In this document: piece after piece, positions 1 to 13,770 of the stretch | Numbering within the stretch: the first letter of the stretch is position 1 | Layout: every line of letters starts with the position of its first letter | NCBI RefSeq assembly: GCF_009914755.1 | Contig: NC_060930.1 | Source of the DNA: the human T2T-CHM13v2.0 reference genome, Homo sapiens | Direction: 5' to 3' (one strand) | Length of the DNA stretch: 64,000 bases | The notes under the pieces: generated by a model | What the model saw: the letters and a program-made list of their open reading frames with translations, nothing else | Told to the model about the DNA's origin: nothing | The model's database searches: none | Made by a program: the position numbers and the translations under genes

Positions 1-3000
1 AGATGAGAAAGAATCAATGCAAAAATGCTGAAAACTCAAAAAGCCAGAGAGCCTCTTCTCCAAATGACCACAACACCTCCCCAAGGAGGTCAAAGAACTG
101 TGCTGAGGCTGAAATGGCTGAATTGACAGAAGTAGACTTCAGAAGGTACGTAATAACAAACTTTGCTAAGCTAAAGGAGCAAGCTGTAAAACAATTGCAA
201 AGAAGCTAAGAATTATAATAAAACAATACAGAAGCTGCACTGCACTCCAGCCTGGCAACAGAGAAAGACTCCATCTCAAAAACAAACAAACAAACAAACA
301 AACAAAAAAACAACAATACAGAAGCTGATAGGCAGAATAGCCAGTTTAGAGAGGAACATAACTGACCTGATGGAGCTGAAAAACTCAATACGAGAACGTC
401 ACAATGCAATCAGAAGTATCAATAGCAGAATAGACTGAGTGGATGAAAGACAGAGCTTGAAGACTATCTTTTGAAATAAGATAGGCATACAAGAATAGAG
501 AAAAAAGAATGAAAAAGAATGAACAATACCTCTGATTAATATGGGATTATTTAAAGAGAGCAGACCTATGACTGATTGGGGTACCTGAAGGAGAGGGAGA
601 ATGGAACGAAGTTGTAAACTTGAATATCATCCAGAAGAACTTCCCCAACCTAGCAACACAGGCCAATATTCAAATTCAGGAAATGTAGAGAACCCCAGTA
701 AGATACTCCATGAGAAGATCAACCCCAAGGCACATAATCATCAGATTTTCCAAGGTTGAAGTGAAAGAAAAGTAATTTAAGGGCAAGCCAGAGAGAAAGA
801 CCAGGTCACCTGCAAAGCAAAGCCTATCAGACTAGTGGAGAACCTCTCAGTGGAAACCCTATAAGCCAGGAGAGATTGGGGGCCAATATTCAATATTGTT
901 AAAGAAAAGAACTTCTAATCCAGAATTTCATATCTGACCAAACTAAGCTTCATAAATGATGGAGAAATAAGATCATTTTCAGACAAGCAAATGTGGAGGG
1001 AATTTGTCACCACCAGGCCTATATCACAAGAGCTTCTTAAAAATAGACTAAATATGGAAAGAAAAAACCATTACCAGCCACTGTAAAAACACACTGAAGT
1101 ACAGACCAGTGATACTATGAAGCAACCATGTGAACAGTCTGCAAAATAATCAGCTAGCATCATGATGAAAGGATCAAATTTACATATAACAATACTAACT
1201 TTAAAGGTAAATGGACTCATTGCCCCAATTAAAAGACAGAATGGCAAGCTGGATAAAGAGCCTAGACCCATAGGTATGTTGTCTTCAAGAGACCCATCTC
1301 ATGTGCAAAGACACACATAGGCTCAAAATAAAGGGATGGAGGAGAATTTACCAAGCAAACGGAAAACGAAAAAGCAGGGGTTGTAATCCTAGTTTGTGAC
1401 AAAATAGACTTTAAACCAACAAAGATCAAAATGGACAAAGAAAGGCAATACATAATGGTAAAGGGTTAAACTCAACAAGAAGAGCTAACTATCATAAATA
1501 TATATGCACCCAATACAGGAACAACCAGATTCATAAAACAAGTTCTTAGAGACCTACAAGGAGACTTAGGACTCCCATACAATAGTAGTGGGAGACTTTA
1601 ACATTGCACTGACAATATTAGACAGATAATCTAAACAGAAAATTAACAAAGTTATTCAGGACCTGAACTCAGCTCTGTATCAAGTGGACCTGATAGATAT
1701 ATACAGAAATCTCCACCCCAAAACAAGAGCATATACATTCTTCTCATCGTGACATGGCACTTATTCTAAAATTGAGCACATAATCAAGTAAAACATTCCT
1801 CAGCAAATGCAAAAGAACTGAAATCATAACAGTGTCTCAGACCACAGTGCAATCAAATTTGATCTCAAGATTAAGAAATTCACGAAAAATCACACAACTA
1901 CATGGAAATTGAACAACTGATCCTGAATGACTTTTGGGTAAATAAGGCAGAAATTAAGAAGTTTTTTGAAACTAATTAGAACAAAGAGACAATGTACCAG
2001 AAACTCTGGGACACAGCTAAAGTAGTGTTAAGAGGGAAATTTATAGTAATAAATGCCCATATGTAAAAGCTAGAAATATCTCAAGTTAACAACCTAACAT
2101 CTCAACTAAAAGAAATAGAGAACCAAGAGCAAACAAACCCCAAAGCTAGTAGGAGACAGGAATAACCCAGATCAAAGTGGAACTAATGGAGATAGAGACA
2201 TGAAAATCCTTTCAGAAAACAATGAATCCAGGAGCTGGTTTTTTGAAACCATTAAAAAAATAGATCAACTGTTATCTAGCCTAATAAAGAAGAAAAGAGA
2301 AAAGAATCAAATAAACACAATCAGAAATGATAAGGGGGATATCACCACTGACCCCACAGAAATACAAACGACCATAAGAGAATACTATAAACACCTCTAT
2401 GCACATAAACTAGACAATCTATAAGAAATGCATAAATTCCTGGACACCTATGCCTTCATAAGACTAAGCTAGGAAGAAATTTTATGCCTGAATAGACTAA
2501 TAACGAGTTCTGAAATTGAGGCAGTAATAAATAGCCCACCAACCAAAAAAATCTCAGGACCAGAATCTCAGATAGATTCACAGCTGAATTCTACCAGAGG
2601 TACAAAGATGAGCTAGTAGTGTACTGAAAGTATTCCAAAAAATTGAAAAGGAGGGACTCCTCCTAAACTCCTTCTATGAGGCTGGCATCATCCTGATGCC
2701 AAAACCTGGCAGAGATACAAGAAACAAAGAAAACTTCAGGCCAATATCCCTGCTGAACATCAATGCAACAATCCTCAATAAAATACTAGAAAACTGAATC
2801 CAGCAGCACATCAAAAAACTTATTTAACATGATCCAGTTGGCTCCATCCCCAGGATGCAAGGTTGGTTCAACATACAGATATCAATAAATTTGGTTCATC
2901 GCATAAACAGAACTAATAGATGCAGAAAAGGCCTTCAATAAAATTCAACATCCCTTCATTTTAAAAACTCTCAATAAACGAGATACTAAAGGAACATACC

Positions 3001-5197
3001 TCAGAATAATATGAGTCAGATATAACAAACTCACAGCTAATATCATACTAAATGGGCAAATGCTGGAAGCATTCCTCTTACAAACTGGCACAAGACAAGG
3101 ATGCCTTCTCTCACCACTCTTATTCAACTTAGTACTGGAAGTTCTGGCCAGGGCAATCAGGCAAGAGAAAGAAACAAAGCATATTCAAATAGGGAGAGAA
3201 GAAGTCGAACTCTCTTTATTTGCAGATGACATAATCCTATATCCAGAAAACTCATCATCTCAGCCAAAAAGCTTCTTAATCTAATAAGCAACTTCAGCAA
3301 AGCCTCAGGATACAAAATCAGTGTGCAAAAATCGCTAGCATTCCTATACATCAACAATAGACAAGCAGAGAGCCAAATCATGAATAAACTCCCATTGATC
3401 ACTGCCACAAAAAGAATAAAATATCTAGAAGTCCAGCTAGCAAGGGAAGTGACGGATCTCTTCAAAGAGAACTACAAACCGCTGCTCAAGGAAATCAGAG
3501 AGGAAGCAATAAATGGAAAAACATTCCATGCTTATGGATAGGAAGAATCAATATCATGAAAATGACCACAGTGCCCAAAGTAATTTATAGATTCAATACT
3601 ACTCCCATTAAAACTACCATTGACATTCTTCACAGAATTAGAAAAAAATATTTTAAAATTCATATGGAACCAAAAAAGAGCCTGAATAGCCAAGAGAATC
3701 CTAAGCAAAGAGAACAAAGCTGGAGACATCACGCTACCTGAATTCAAGCCATACTACAAGTCTACAGTAACCAAAACAGCACAATACTGGTACAAAAACA
3801 AACATATAGAACAATGGAACAGAATAAAGAACTCAGAAATAAGACCACACACCTACAACCATCTGATCTTCTGATCTTCAACAAACCTGACAAAAACAAG
3901 CAATGGGGAAAGGGTTACCTACTTAATAAATGGTTCTGGTAGAACTGTCTAGCCATATGGAGAAAATTGAAACTGGACCCCTTCCTTACACCATATACAA
4001 AAATTAACTCAAGATAAATTAAATACTTAAATGTAAAATCCAAACTATAAAAACTCTAGAAGAAGAGCTAGGCAATACTATTCAGGACATAGACACAGGC
4101 AAAGATTTCATGCTGAAAATGCCAAAAGCAATTGCAACAATGGCAAAAATTGACAAATGGAATCTAACTAAAGAGCTTCTTCTGCACAGCAAAATAAACT
4201 ATCATCAGAACGAACAGAATGGAAGAAAAATTCTACAGAATGGAAGAAAAATTTTGCAACCTATCCATCTGTCAAAGGTCTAATATCCAGAGTCTACAAG
4301 GACCTTAAACAAATTTACAGGAAACAAACAACCCCATTAAAAACTGGGCAAAGGACCTGAACAGATACTTCTCAAAAGAATACATATATGTGACTAACAA
4401 ACATGAAAAAAGCTTAACATCACTGATCATTAGAGAAAAATCAAAACCAAAATGAGATAACATCTCACACCAGTCAAAATTGCTATTATTAAAAAGTCAA
4501 AAAACATGCTCGTGAAGTTGCAGGCAAAAACAAACACTTTTACACTGTTGGTGGGAGCTTAAATTAGTTAAACTATTGTGGAAGACAGTGGATTGATTTC
4601 TCAAATACTGAGAAGCAGAAATACCCTTTGACCCAGCAATCCCATTACTGGGTATGTACCCAAAGTAATATAAATCATTTTATTATAAAGATACATGCAC
4701 ACATATGTTCACTGAAGCACTATTCACAATAGCAAAGACATGGAATCAACCTAAACCATGTTGGGTTGATTACCCAACATGATAGACTGGATATAGAAAA
4801 TGTGGTACATATACATCATGGAATACTATGCAGCCATAAAAAGGAATGAGATTCTGTTCTTTGCAGGGACATGGATGAAATTGGAAGCCATTATCCTTAG
4901 CAAACTAATGCAGGAAGAGAAAACCAAAAACCACATGTTCTCATTTATTAACGGGGAGCTAAATGATGAGAACACAGGGACACACAGGGGGAGCAAGACA
5001 CACTGGGGCCTCTTGGAGGGGGGTTGTGGAGGGAGGGAGGGCATCAGGAAGAATAGCTAATGGATGCTGGGCTTAATACCTAGTTGATGGGATAATCTGT
5101 GCAGCAAACCAGCATGGCACTTGTTTACCTATGTAATACACCTGAACATCCTGCACATGGACTCTGAATTTAAAATAAAAGTTGAAGAAAAAAAAAG
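1..5197 (+). mobile_element. Decayed near-full-length L1 (older primate L1PA, roughly L1PA11-13 type): ORF1 from 3, ORF2 from ~1162, 3'UTR and A-tail; 5'UTR lies left of window
   Basis: ORF1 start MRKNQCKNAENSKSQ; ORF2 fragments ([29 protein letters not shown]); 3'UTR and tail aaataaaagttgaagaaaaaaaaaa; many stops and frameshifts. Confidence 0.95.
238..311 (+). mobile_element. Severely 5'-truncated Alu (last ~40 nt plus (CAAA)n tail) inserted in L1 ORF1
   Basis: cactgcactccagcctggcaacagagaaagactccatctc plus A-rich tail, flanked by perfect 16-bp TSD aacaatacagaagctg (222-237 and 312-327). Confidence 0.9.
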
Positions 5198-5199
5198 AT

Positions 5200-5560
5200 T
5201 TAGCTACAAAGATATTAATCACATATTTGTTTAGAGTTATGAAAAACTGAAAATAACTTAAACATTTAACTGTACTGGAATGATTAAATTGTGATCAAAT
5301 CATAGAATGAAACAATGTACAGCCATTAAAGATTATGTTGTAGACATTCATTTATTAACATAGATAGATGTTCTTATGTGCTGGAGAGTTAAACTTAAAT
5401 TTCAAAACAGTTTGCAGTATATGATTTCAAATGTAGGTAGATGTATTAACACACATGAAAGATAGATAAAAAGATGATACATTGATAAATAGATACTCCA
5501 AAAATGTTCACAACAGCTGTTTCTGGGTGACTGTATTTATCTTCTTCTTTTTTTACTATA
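5200..5560 (+). mobile_element. Ancient L1ME-type 3' fragment
   Basis: Degenerate match to L1M end motifs (aaaactgaaaataacttaaacat, atagaatgaaacaatgtacagccattaaa). Confidence 0.5.
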
Positions 5561-6152
5561 TTTTCTTTTTAAAAAAACTTTTAAGTTCAGGGATACAAGT
5601 GAAGGTTTGTTATTAGATTAGTTCAGCCATTGTGGAAGACAATGTAATGATTCTTCAAAGACCTAAAGCCATAAATACCATTCTACCCAACAATCCCATT
5701 ATTGGGCATATACCAAAAGGAATATAAATCATTCTGTTATAAAGACACATGCACTTGTATGTTTATTGCAGCACTAGTCACAATAGCAAAGACGTGGAAT
5801 CAACCTAAATGCCCATCACTGATAGACAGGATAAAGAAAATGTGGTAGATATACACCATGGAATACTAGGCAGCCATAAAAAAGAATGAGATCATGTCCT
5901 TTGTAGGCACATGGATGGAGCTGGGGGCCATTATCCTTAGCAAACTAACACAGGAACAGAAAACAAAATACCACATATTCCCACTTATAAGTGGGAGCTA
6001 AATGATGAGAACACATGGGCACATAGAGGGGAACAACACACACTGGGGCCTTTTGGCCTTCAGGAGGAGGGAGAGGATCAGGAAAAAGAACTGATGGTAC
6101 GAGGCTTAATACCTGGGTGATGAAATAATCTGCACAACAAACCGCCATGACA
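5561..6152 (-). mobile_element. Short 5'-inverted (twin-primed) L1, L1PA13-16-like
   Basis: 5561-5612 is the extreme L1 3' end on minus. 5614-6152 is the adjacent upstream L1 segment on plus, ending at ccatgaca just before where the minus piece starts. Confidence 0.8.
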
Positions 6153-6154
6153 GA

Positions 6155-6700
6155 TGAATGTTTTCATTTCACTTGGGTAAATACCGAAGAGAAGAACTGC
6201 TGGGTCATATGGTAAATGTAGGTCAACTTTTAAGCAACTGCCTAACTGTTTTCCAAAGTGGTTTACAGTTTTACATCCCTATCAGCAATATATGAGCATT
6301 GCAGTTGCTCCACATCCTCACTAACATTTATTTGATAATTCAATCTGTTTAATATTAGCCATTCCACAATCTGTGTACTAGTATCTAATTGTGGTTTTAA
6401 TTTCAATTTTCTTAATGAATAATGATGTTGAACATATTTTTAGACTCTTATTTGCAATTTGTATATCTTCTTTGGTGAAATGTCAGTTCAAATTTTTTTG
6501 CCCATTTTTAAAAGGCAGGTTATTTATCTGATTCTAAAGTTTTAGCAGTTTTTGCATATTTTGGATACAATCAAAGATATTCTTTAGAAATATATGTTTT
6601 GCTAATATTGCTTCACAGTTTGTAGCTTGCCATTTTATTTAATAACAGTGTCTTTTAGAGAACAAAATTTAATTTTGATAAAATACAATTGATTAAAAAA
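6155..6700 (-). mobile_element. Old L1M ORF2 3' fragment
   Basis: cttgggtaaatacc...gctgggtcatatggtaa...ttttccaaagtggtt...gttgctccacatcctcac is reverse-complement L1M. Confidence 0.8.
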
Positions 6701-6839
6701 TAATCTAAAGGCAAGCATTGAACACCTGATCTAATAAGAACTCTAGTGTGTATCTATTTCTATTAGAAATTGGCACGATATTAAAAAATTATTTTTCACA
6801 GTTTTCTGAAAAAAATAGTTTACTAATTAGTGCATGTAC

Positions 6840-7470
6840 TCATTTTCATTTATTTTTTCAACAAATCTTTACTGAGAACCTCTAGTGTTTCAGAAACTAT
6901 ACTAGTATTGAGGATAAAATTTTGACCAAAATAGGCATTTTATCATTATTGTAATATAGACATTGGTATCACTGCAACTAATTTCATCACCTACTTTCTT
7001 TGTCCCTCTGGCTTAACAGTAAAGTATCAGAGAAGCACATAAATATTCTGTCAGTATTCTCTTTGAAGAATGAGGCTCTTATTTTGTATCCCCATGGTGT
7101 AGAACATATTAGGCTCGACATTCACATACTCAACAATTATCCCTTCAGTGCATACCCCATGAAAGACTTTGTACCTAGTATTGTGAGAGAGATGAGGCTG
7201 TATTAGAAAAGGATTTGGAACAAATAACGAAAATGATAGGGGACATGTACACAAATAATCCCAATGTAAGGCAGAGAAATAAATGCTATAGAAAAGTAAA
7301 TATATGGTGCTATTGGAATTCAGGGCAGAAACAGATTATTCTCCAAAACACAATAAAGAAAATACTTTTTAGAAGAGTTGGCTTTTGAGCTGGGGCTGGA
7401 AGGATGGGAAGAATTTAGCTACAAAAATTGAGTGGATAGGAAAGGAGACAGGGAAGGCAGCAGAAGTGTG
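6840..7470 (-). mobile_element. Interrupted L2 3' fragment
   Basis: cattt...ttcaacaaatctttactgagaacct...; later gagctggggctggaaggatg, typical of L2. Confidence 0.5.
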
Positions 7471-8639
7471 TAGAAAATGTCCCTTTACATATAAATTATA
7501 CTTTATTAAAGCAAGTTTTATTCTAAAATTATTGTATACAGCCATTATATATATGTGTGTGTGTGTGTGTGTTCAACAATTCTAACATTCACTTTTCAGA
7601 TATTCAAAGCTAAATTATCTTAATCTCATATTTTTCTTCTTGTTTCTTAGGGTCAGTTAAGCTCACTTAAATCTCACCAGAAGAGAGAAAGTCCCTCATT
7701 ATCAGAAAATTATTCCAAAATTTCTTCTATTTAATTGTAGCTCTACAGAGCTGCATCAAGGAATTATTTTAGTCTATTCTAATTGTGTTTGTCGAGTGTA
7801 GTAACTACACTTTCTATCAAGGGTTTCTGAAACTAGTTATGGAACTTTGTTATCACTATTTTTATGTGCTAATGTATAATGATAAACTAACAATTTGATT
7901 GAAAATATTAGCAGACAGTCTAAATATGTAGCCAATTTGCATATAATACTCGGTTCAATATCTGTAATGTGATGCAAAACTTACCCTAAGCCTAAATGAC
8001 TGTGTTGTTTTCCAATATGTAATTGGGACAATTAAGATATTACAGCAAAAGCGCTTGGCTCATGATGGCTTCTCTATTTAGCTTACTAGAAATTAACCAA
8101 TTATTCAGTGTCAGCGATGGTCATTTCTACAGTGATAACTTAAATCATACTTAGTTTTAAAGATATCAGTTCACACTCATCTTATTTCTAATTGCCCACA
8201 GTATTCCCTCTAAATAAAATTTATCTTCAATACTTTTACTGTGCTGTCACTCAGGCCACGGAAAATCCAAACTTCCACAATACATGTAGATTTATTCTAA
8301 ACTATAATGACCTTTAAGTTGTTTTCTTCTTTGCCACCTCAAATATTACTTAAGTCCTAAAGGAGGTTTATTGCCAATAAAGTTGGTCAAGAAATGATCA
8401 ATGCTATAATGATTTTGCAACAGTAAGTTCCATTGGCTTCTGTCAATCACATAAATGGGAAACTCACTTAACTCATAGATCCCCCTGTATTTTCCTGTGA
8501 AATTTGTAACACTTTTAAGAAAAAAAAGTGGGTGATTGAATTTTCTAAAAATGCATTTGTTTTACACCTATTTTCTTCATAGTTAACAAAAATAAAATCC
8601 ACACTCAAAATGTTACATTATTATATTGTTTCTTCTTAC

Positions 8640-8885
8640 AAGGTGTTCTAGAGAAGGTAAAACTATGGTAACAAAAAACAGATAGTTGGTTTCCAGAGCC
8701 TGAGGATGAAGGAGAAGTTAACTACAAAGGGCCATGAAGAAGCATTTTTGGATGGTGAAAATGCTCTATATCTTAATTTTGGTGGTCATTACACAGTAGT
8801 TTGCATCTGCCAAACGTATACAGCTGTATTCTAAATGGGTAAAGTTCATCATATATAAATAACATCTCAATAAATCTGACTTTGA
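8640..8885 (+). mobile_element. Old L1M 3'UTR end
   Basis: ggtgaaaatgctctatatcttaattttggtggtcattacac...atataaataacatctcaataaa. Confidence 0.7.
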
Positions 8886-9410
8886 AGACATAAAAAATCA
8901 TTTATATCACAAATTTTGGGTCAATCTAACGAGATATATTCAACAATCAATATGAGACCTATCAAGAAAGCAAAGGAATTCTTGATTCCCTAAGATGTTT
9001 CAGAAATTTCCCTCTTTCCAGAGTACCAATGACATTTTATTATCTTTTACAAATAAATGTGATATTTTAGGAAAAAAAAAAGCTACATTGAACAAGTGCC
9101 TTACTTTTATTATTGTCTTTTAAAAAAATCTAAAAATAACATTTAGTTAAATACAAGCTTATTTAACGAGTTGATTGGTTGCCATAATCATCTAGTCTTA
9201 GAATGACACACTACTATTTCTTTGCTTGCAGTTGCAAGGTTATTATAGTTTAACTCTCACAGTCTGGTAAGCAACTTGATAATTCAGAAAAATAATGGAG
9301 AAAAAACACTACTAGAAATTCTCACATGATATAATTGACATTCAGATTCAAGAAACAAAATTGATTAGAGATAATCCTGAGAAGGCTGCTTTAGATAGCA
9401 AATGCCTTAC

Positions 9411-9493
9411 CTTTGTGTTTGGGTCGCGTAGCTGTTATCATAAGTCTCATAGGTCTGGTCATCATATTCACCCCCGTAGCCATCATCATAACC
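9411..9493 (-). CDS. KHDRBS2: Internal coding exon of KHDRBS2/SLM1 (STAR-family RNA-binding protein), Tyr-rich C-terminal region, probably exon 7
   Basis: Minus strand reads tttttttgtctcAG|GGT TAT GAT GAT GGC TAC GGG GGT GAA TAT GAT GAC CAG ACC TAT GAG ACT TAT GAT AAC AGC TAC GCG ACC CAA ACA CAA AG|GTaagg. Canonical acceptor and donor, 83 bp, phase 0 in and phase 2 out. Peptide matches the recalled KHDRBS2 sequence ...[36 protein letters not shown]... Confidence 0.95.
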
Positions 9494-9964
9494 CTGAGAC
9501 AAAAAAATGGTAGAAACACCTGTTAGTCAATTTGATTAACTTTGATCTGTTTTCAGTTAGCACAATTTTATACAATGTGATCTTGGTTTAGATTTCATGT
9601 TGGGTAAGTATCCATATATCACATTTTACTAGATTAATGATTCTCACATAAACTTAAATAATATTTCATGGATCAGGTATCAATGTTTATTAAACTCAGC
9701 ATATCATTGAAGCAGCAATACCTACTCTAAGACTTATTTAGAATTTTCATCAATAATAATGACTATTTAAGAAATTCAAAATAAGTTTTTCTATTTGGGT
9801 ATACAAGAACAACTGTGCTAACCTTATGGTGGTGTTAACATGTTTGTTACTATCCCACTGGGAATTTTTTCTTCTCCTTTTAATAATCATAATTAAGATA
9901 GAAACTATAAACTACAGGATCCTTAAACTGTAGTCAACTTTCAGTAAAAATTATGGAGTCATTA

Positions 9965-10342
<378 letters not shown>

Positions 10343-10679
10343 AAAGACTTTGTGTACATTATATGATTTTTAAATCTCATAAGTAAAATAATTATGTGTG
10401 ATGAGACTTATTACTCGAGTAAATTACACTAACAAAGCTAATGCAGATTTGTCATAGCAGCATGTTCAAACAAGCTAGTAATTATACACTCCAGTTATCA
10501 ATCACTCTGAATGATTTAGTTTTGTTTCTCTTTGTGGTCATTAATTTTAAACACTAGCCATCCGTCTCGATTATTCCCTACTTCTGGAAAAACCTTCAGG
10601 TTTTCTGTGCCTGGTGCTGGCGCATCTCTTTCCCTGGAATACACTTCCACCCTACCCTAGCACTTCATAAATTCTTTTC

Positions 10680-12900
10680 AGTCTGGAGGCTTACAAATCT
10701 CTCTTTATCTTGTTCAGGAGTTTCAGCAGAAAATACCTACATGTGAAATCTTTGACATTAGTCTTGACTAACACTTTTAAGCCCATTTAATGAAAAGACT
10801 AATATATTTATCAACTTAAGAAACTTCTAAAAATTTTATTTCCTTATTTCTTCATTTTCACGTGGTCTTACCATCATATAATGCTATTATTTACATACGA
10901 AGCTTTCTGAATCTAACTTCCATCTCTTGTCATTTTTCATTATATTTTTGCTCTGCAGTATGAAATAGTTTCTCTATTTGTTCCTTGAATACCCTAATTA
11001 GTTGCTATTGAGTTAAATTTTGTTCAATGTTCTAAAGTTAATTTTAGTATTTATAAAACAATTACATGCAGATTATTTAGAAATAATACAAACAAGCTTA
11101 TGTCCCCAAAATAGTAGTTCCTTGTCTTGTTCTCCTTTAACCTTCAGCTCTCTTTCAGTATTTTCATCTATTATTTTAGTATTCATTTTTGTGTTATTAA
11201 GTAATATAGCTAAGTTATTGTTGTTGGATTTATAAATTTTGTCATTTTCTATTGGCTGTCCATTCAGGTTGTTAAATTTAGTTCTATTATTTCCCTTACT
11301 TATCTTCCCAATATAGTTTCATCATAATTTTTCATTAGTCAATATTAATATTATTGAGTGAGAATACATAATTGTATCCTCTTATGACATAAATTATTTA
11401 ATATAATTCTGTTTTTATTCTCATACACCTTTTCCTTTCTTCCAACGTTAATAATTGTTCATTCATCTTATTATTTTCTTGGTTTTCCAAATATTTAGAA
11501 ATGTCTTCATCAATTGTCCCAATGGTCATATTAAACTAGCAGTAATATTTCTAAGATTCAAAGACATCAGCTCATCCATAATGTTTTTATGTGTAACATG
11601 GAGACTATCACCTGAAGAACTGTGTCATTGTGCTCTGGTCCACATTGATGAATTTCTAGGCCTGAAGGCCAAGGTGTTTTCCTAAGGCCTCTTTCACCAT
11701 TGTTGGTAGTGAATTTCCTTTGGCCAGATTCCATCTTTTCCTTGCTTTAATTTCTTGCTGAAACATCTCTTTCAATAACCTCTATTAAGAGGTATTTTGG
11801 AAAAAATATTTTGATTCTTTCTTGCTTAGCTTTACACTGCCCCCCTACTCACTGTAGCTTTTGTTTTCATTTTTTTTGGTGATAAATTTAAATTATACAA
11901 AAGTTGGAACAAGATGTTAATGGAAACTCATCTATCCTTCACCTAGATTCAACAATTATTGACATTTTGTCTCATTTGTGTTATCTTATATATATATTTT
12001 TTAAGAAACCATTTGCAAATTAGTTCCAGAAACATGATATTTTATCCCTAAATACTTCAGCTTCTATCTCCTGAGTGTAGGGACATTCTTCTACATAAAT
12101 GTATTATTATTACTCCTTAAAAATCACAATAAATTCACATTACTGTGAAGTCCCCAGTTAAATTTCTACAATTGTCCCAAGCATTTATGAATTTTGTAGC
12201 TATTTTAATCTTGCATAGCTATTTTTCAAAAATCAGAACCCAATAAAGAATTTTGAATTGCATTTGATGATTATATCTGTTTAGTGTTTTTAGAGCTAGC
12301 ATAGTTCCCCAACCTTTTATTGCTTCCCAAAATATTAACTTTTTTGAGTGGTCCAAACCAACTGTTTTGTACACCATTCCACATTCTGCATTTGCCTGAT
12401 TATTCTCATAATTACATTCAGATTTAATATTTTTGAAAGAATGTTACATATGTGATATTGTATTGTACATTTATGTTACTGGAAATTTTTCAATTGTCTC
12501 ATACTTAATTGGTTGGGTAGAGAAGTCTAGGCTGAAAAAAATGACTTTTAATCAGAATTTTGAGAGCTTTGGTACAATATTTTTACTATTCCATGTTAAA
12601 GTTGAGAATTCCTATTACTTACATGTGACCTAGATTTGTTTTGTCTCTTTTTTATTTCTTCTGGATGCTTTTACAATTTTTATCTCTGCTGTTCTGAAAT
12701 TACAGAATGCAATGTCTTTGTGTGTGTGTTTCTTTTCATTCATTGTGTTGGGTGCTCAATGAGCTCTTTCAATCTAGAGGCTTATATTCTTCAGTTGTGG
12801 AAAATGTCTCTCCATTTTTTTTCTTTCTTTCTTTCTTTTTTTTTTTATAACCCTTACTAGTGAGATTGAGTCTTCTCGGTTGGCACAGTAAATTTACTTT
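10680..12900 (-). mobile_element. Composite of ancient L1M fragments (L1ME-like with an L1MC-like 3' end at ~11870-12480)
   Basis: Degenerate T-rich L1 antisense texture; cctagattcaacaattattgacattttg and cctaaatacttcag motifs. Confidence 0.5.
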
Positions 12901-12938
12901 TTTGTCCTATATGATATCTCTTATTCTTTTTACTTTAC

Positions 12939-12940
<2 letters not shown>

Positions 12941-12982
<42 letters not shown>
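12941..12982. repeat. (CA)21 microsatellite
   Basis: Perfect CA run. Confidence 0.98.
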
Positions 12983-12986
<4 letters not shown>

Positions 12987-13489
12987 CAACTGTTAGGATG
13001 TGGAGTGGATGTTTTGTGTTCTCAGGTATAGTTTAAGCATCCCATTCTTAGCCCAAGGTCTCATCTCCTTTGTGGTGGGACAAGGGTTAATACCATAATT
13101 GGAGCTTTCTGGAGCTGCAAGATTCAGGGCAGTCCAGCACTCTATCTTGAGGATCTGCCTGGTCAGTTATGAGGACATCCACAGGTGCTCCAAGGGGTGC
13201 AAACTTCTTTTTAGGAATCGGGCTTTTGGTCCTTCACCAAGATTATAAAAATATGGCTTTACTCACCTTTATTTCTTATGCAAGACTCAAGGTCTCTAGC
13301 TTCCAACAGGAGGCAAGGCAGTTTTAATTTGTTTGTTTTGTTTCACTTTATTTTTGTGTTTCTGTTTCTGAGCAGGGAGGTACAAGAACCAGGGATGGGA
13401 GTAGGTACTTGTCTTCAGGGCTCCAGGGCTCCTGAAATCCCTATGTTTCCCCCATTTCCATCTGTTGAAATGCTACTGATTCCTCAAGG

Positions 13490-13770
13490 TCATTTTACAT
13501 AATATCATCTTTAGAAATCTTTTCCTGCTTCTAACAACCATATATTAACCCTTAGTTCCCCGAATTCCAATAGCATGTTTTCTCTCATTGTTCTTAAAAT
13601 ACCTAAACATATACTATATTTCTTTTTCTATAATTTTCTCTCTTTTTAGAATTTAAGTTTCTGAAAAGCAAGGACTATATCATAGTTTATCACCTTTTTG
13701 ATGTATTGTAGTACTTAGCATAGTTTATCCCATAGAATAGTCATTTAACAAATATATATTGAATTGTTTA
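13490..13770 (+). mobile_element. L2 3' end fragment
   Basis: aagtttctgaaaagcaaggact...gtacttagcatagt...aacaaatatatattgaattg. Confidence 0.55.

Larger units (their letters stand above)
1..9410 (-). other. KHDRBS2: Intron downstream of the exon (KHDRBS2, probably intron 7; extends beyond window)
   Basis: Starts at the GT donor (9409-9410). The next expected exon (VPEYYDYGHG...) is not found in 1-9410. Confidence 0.8.
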
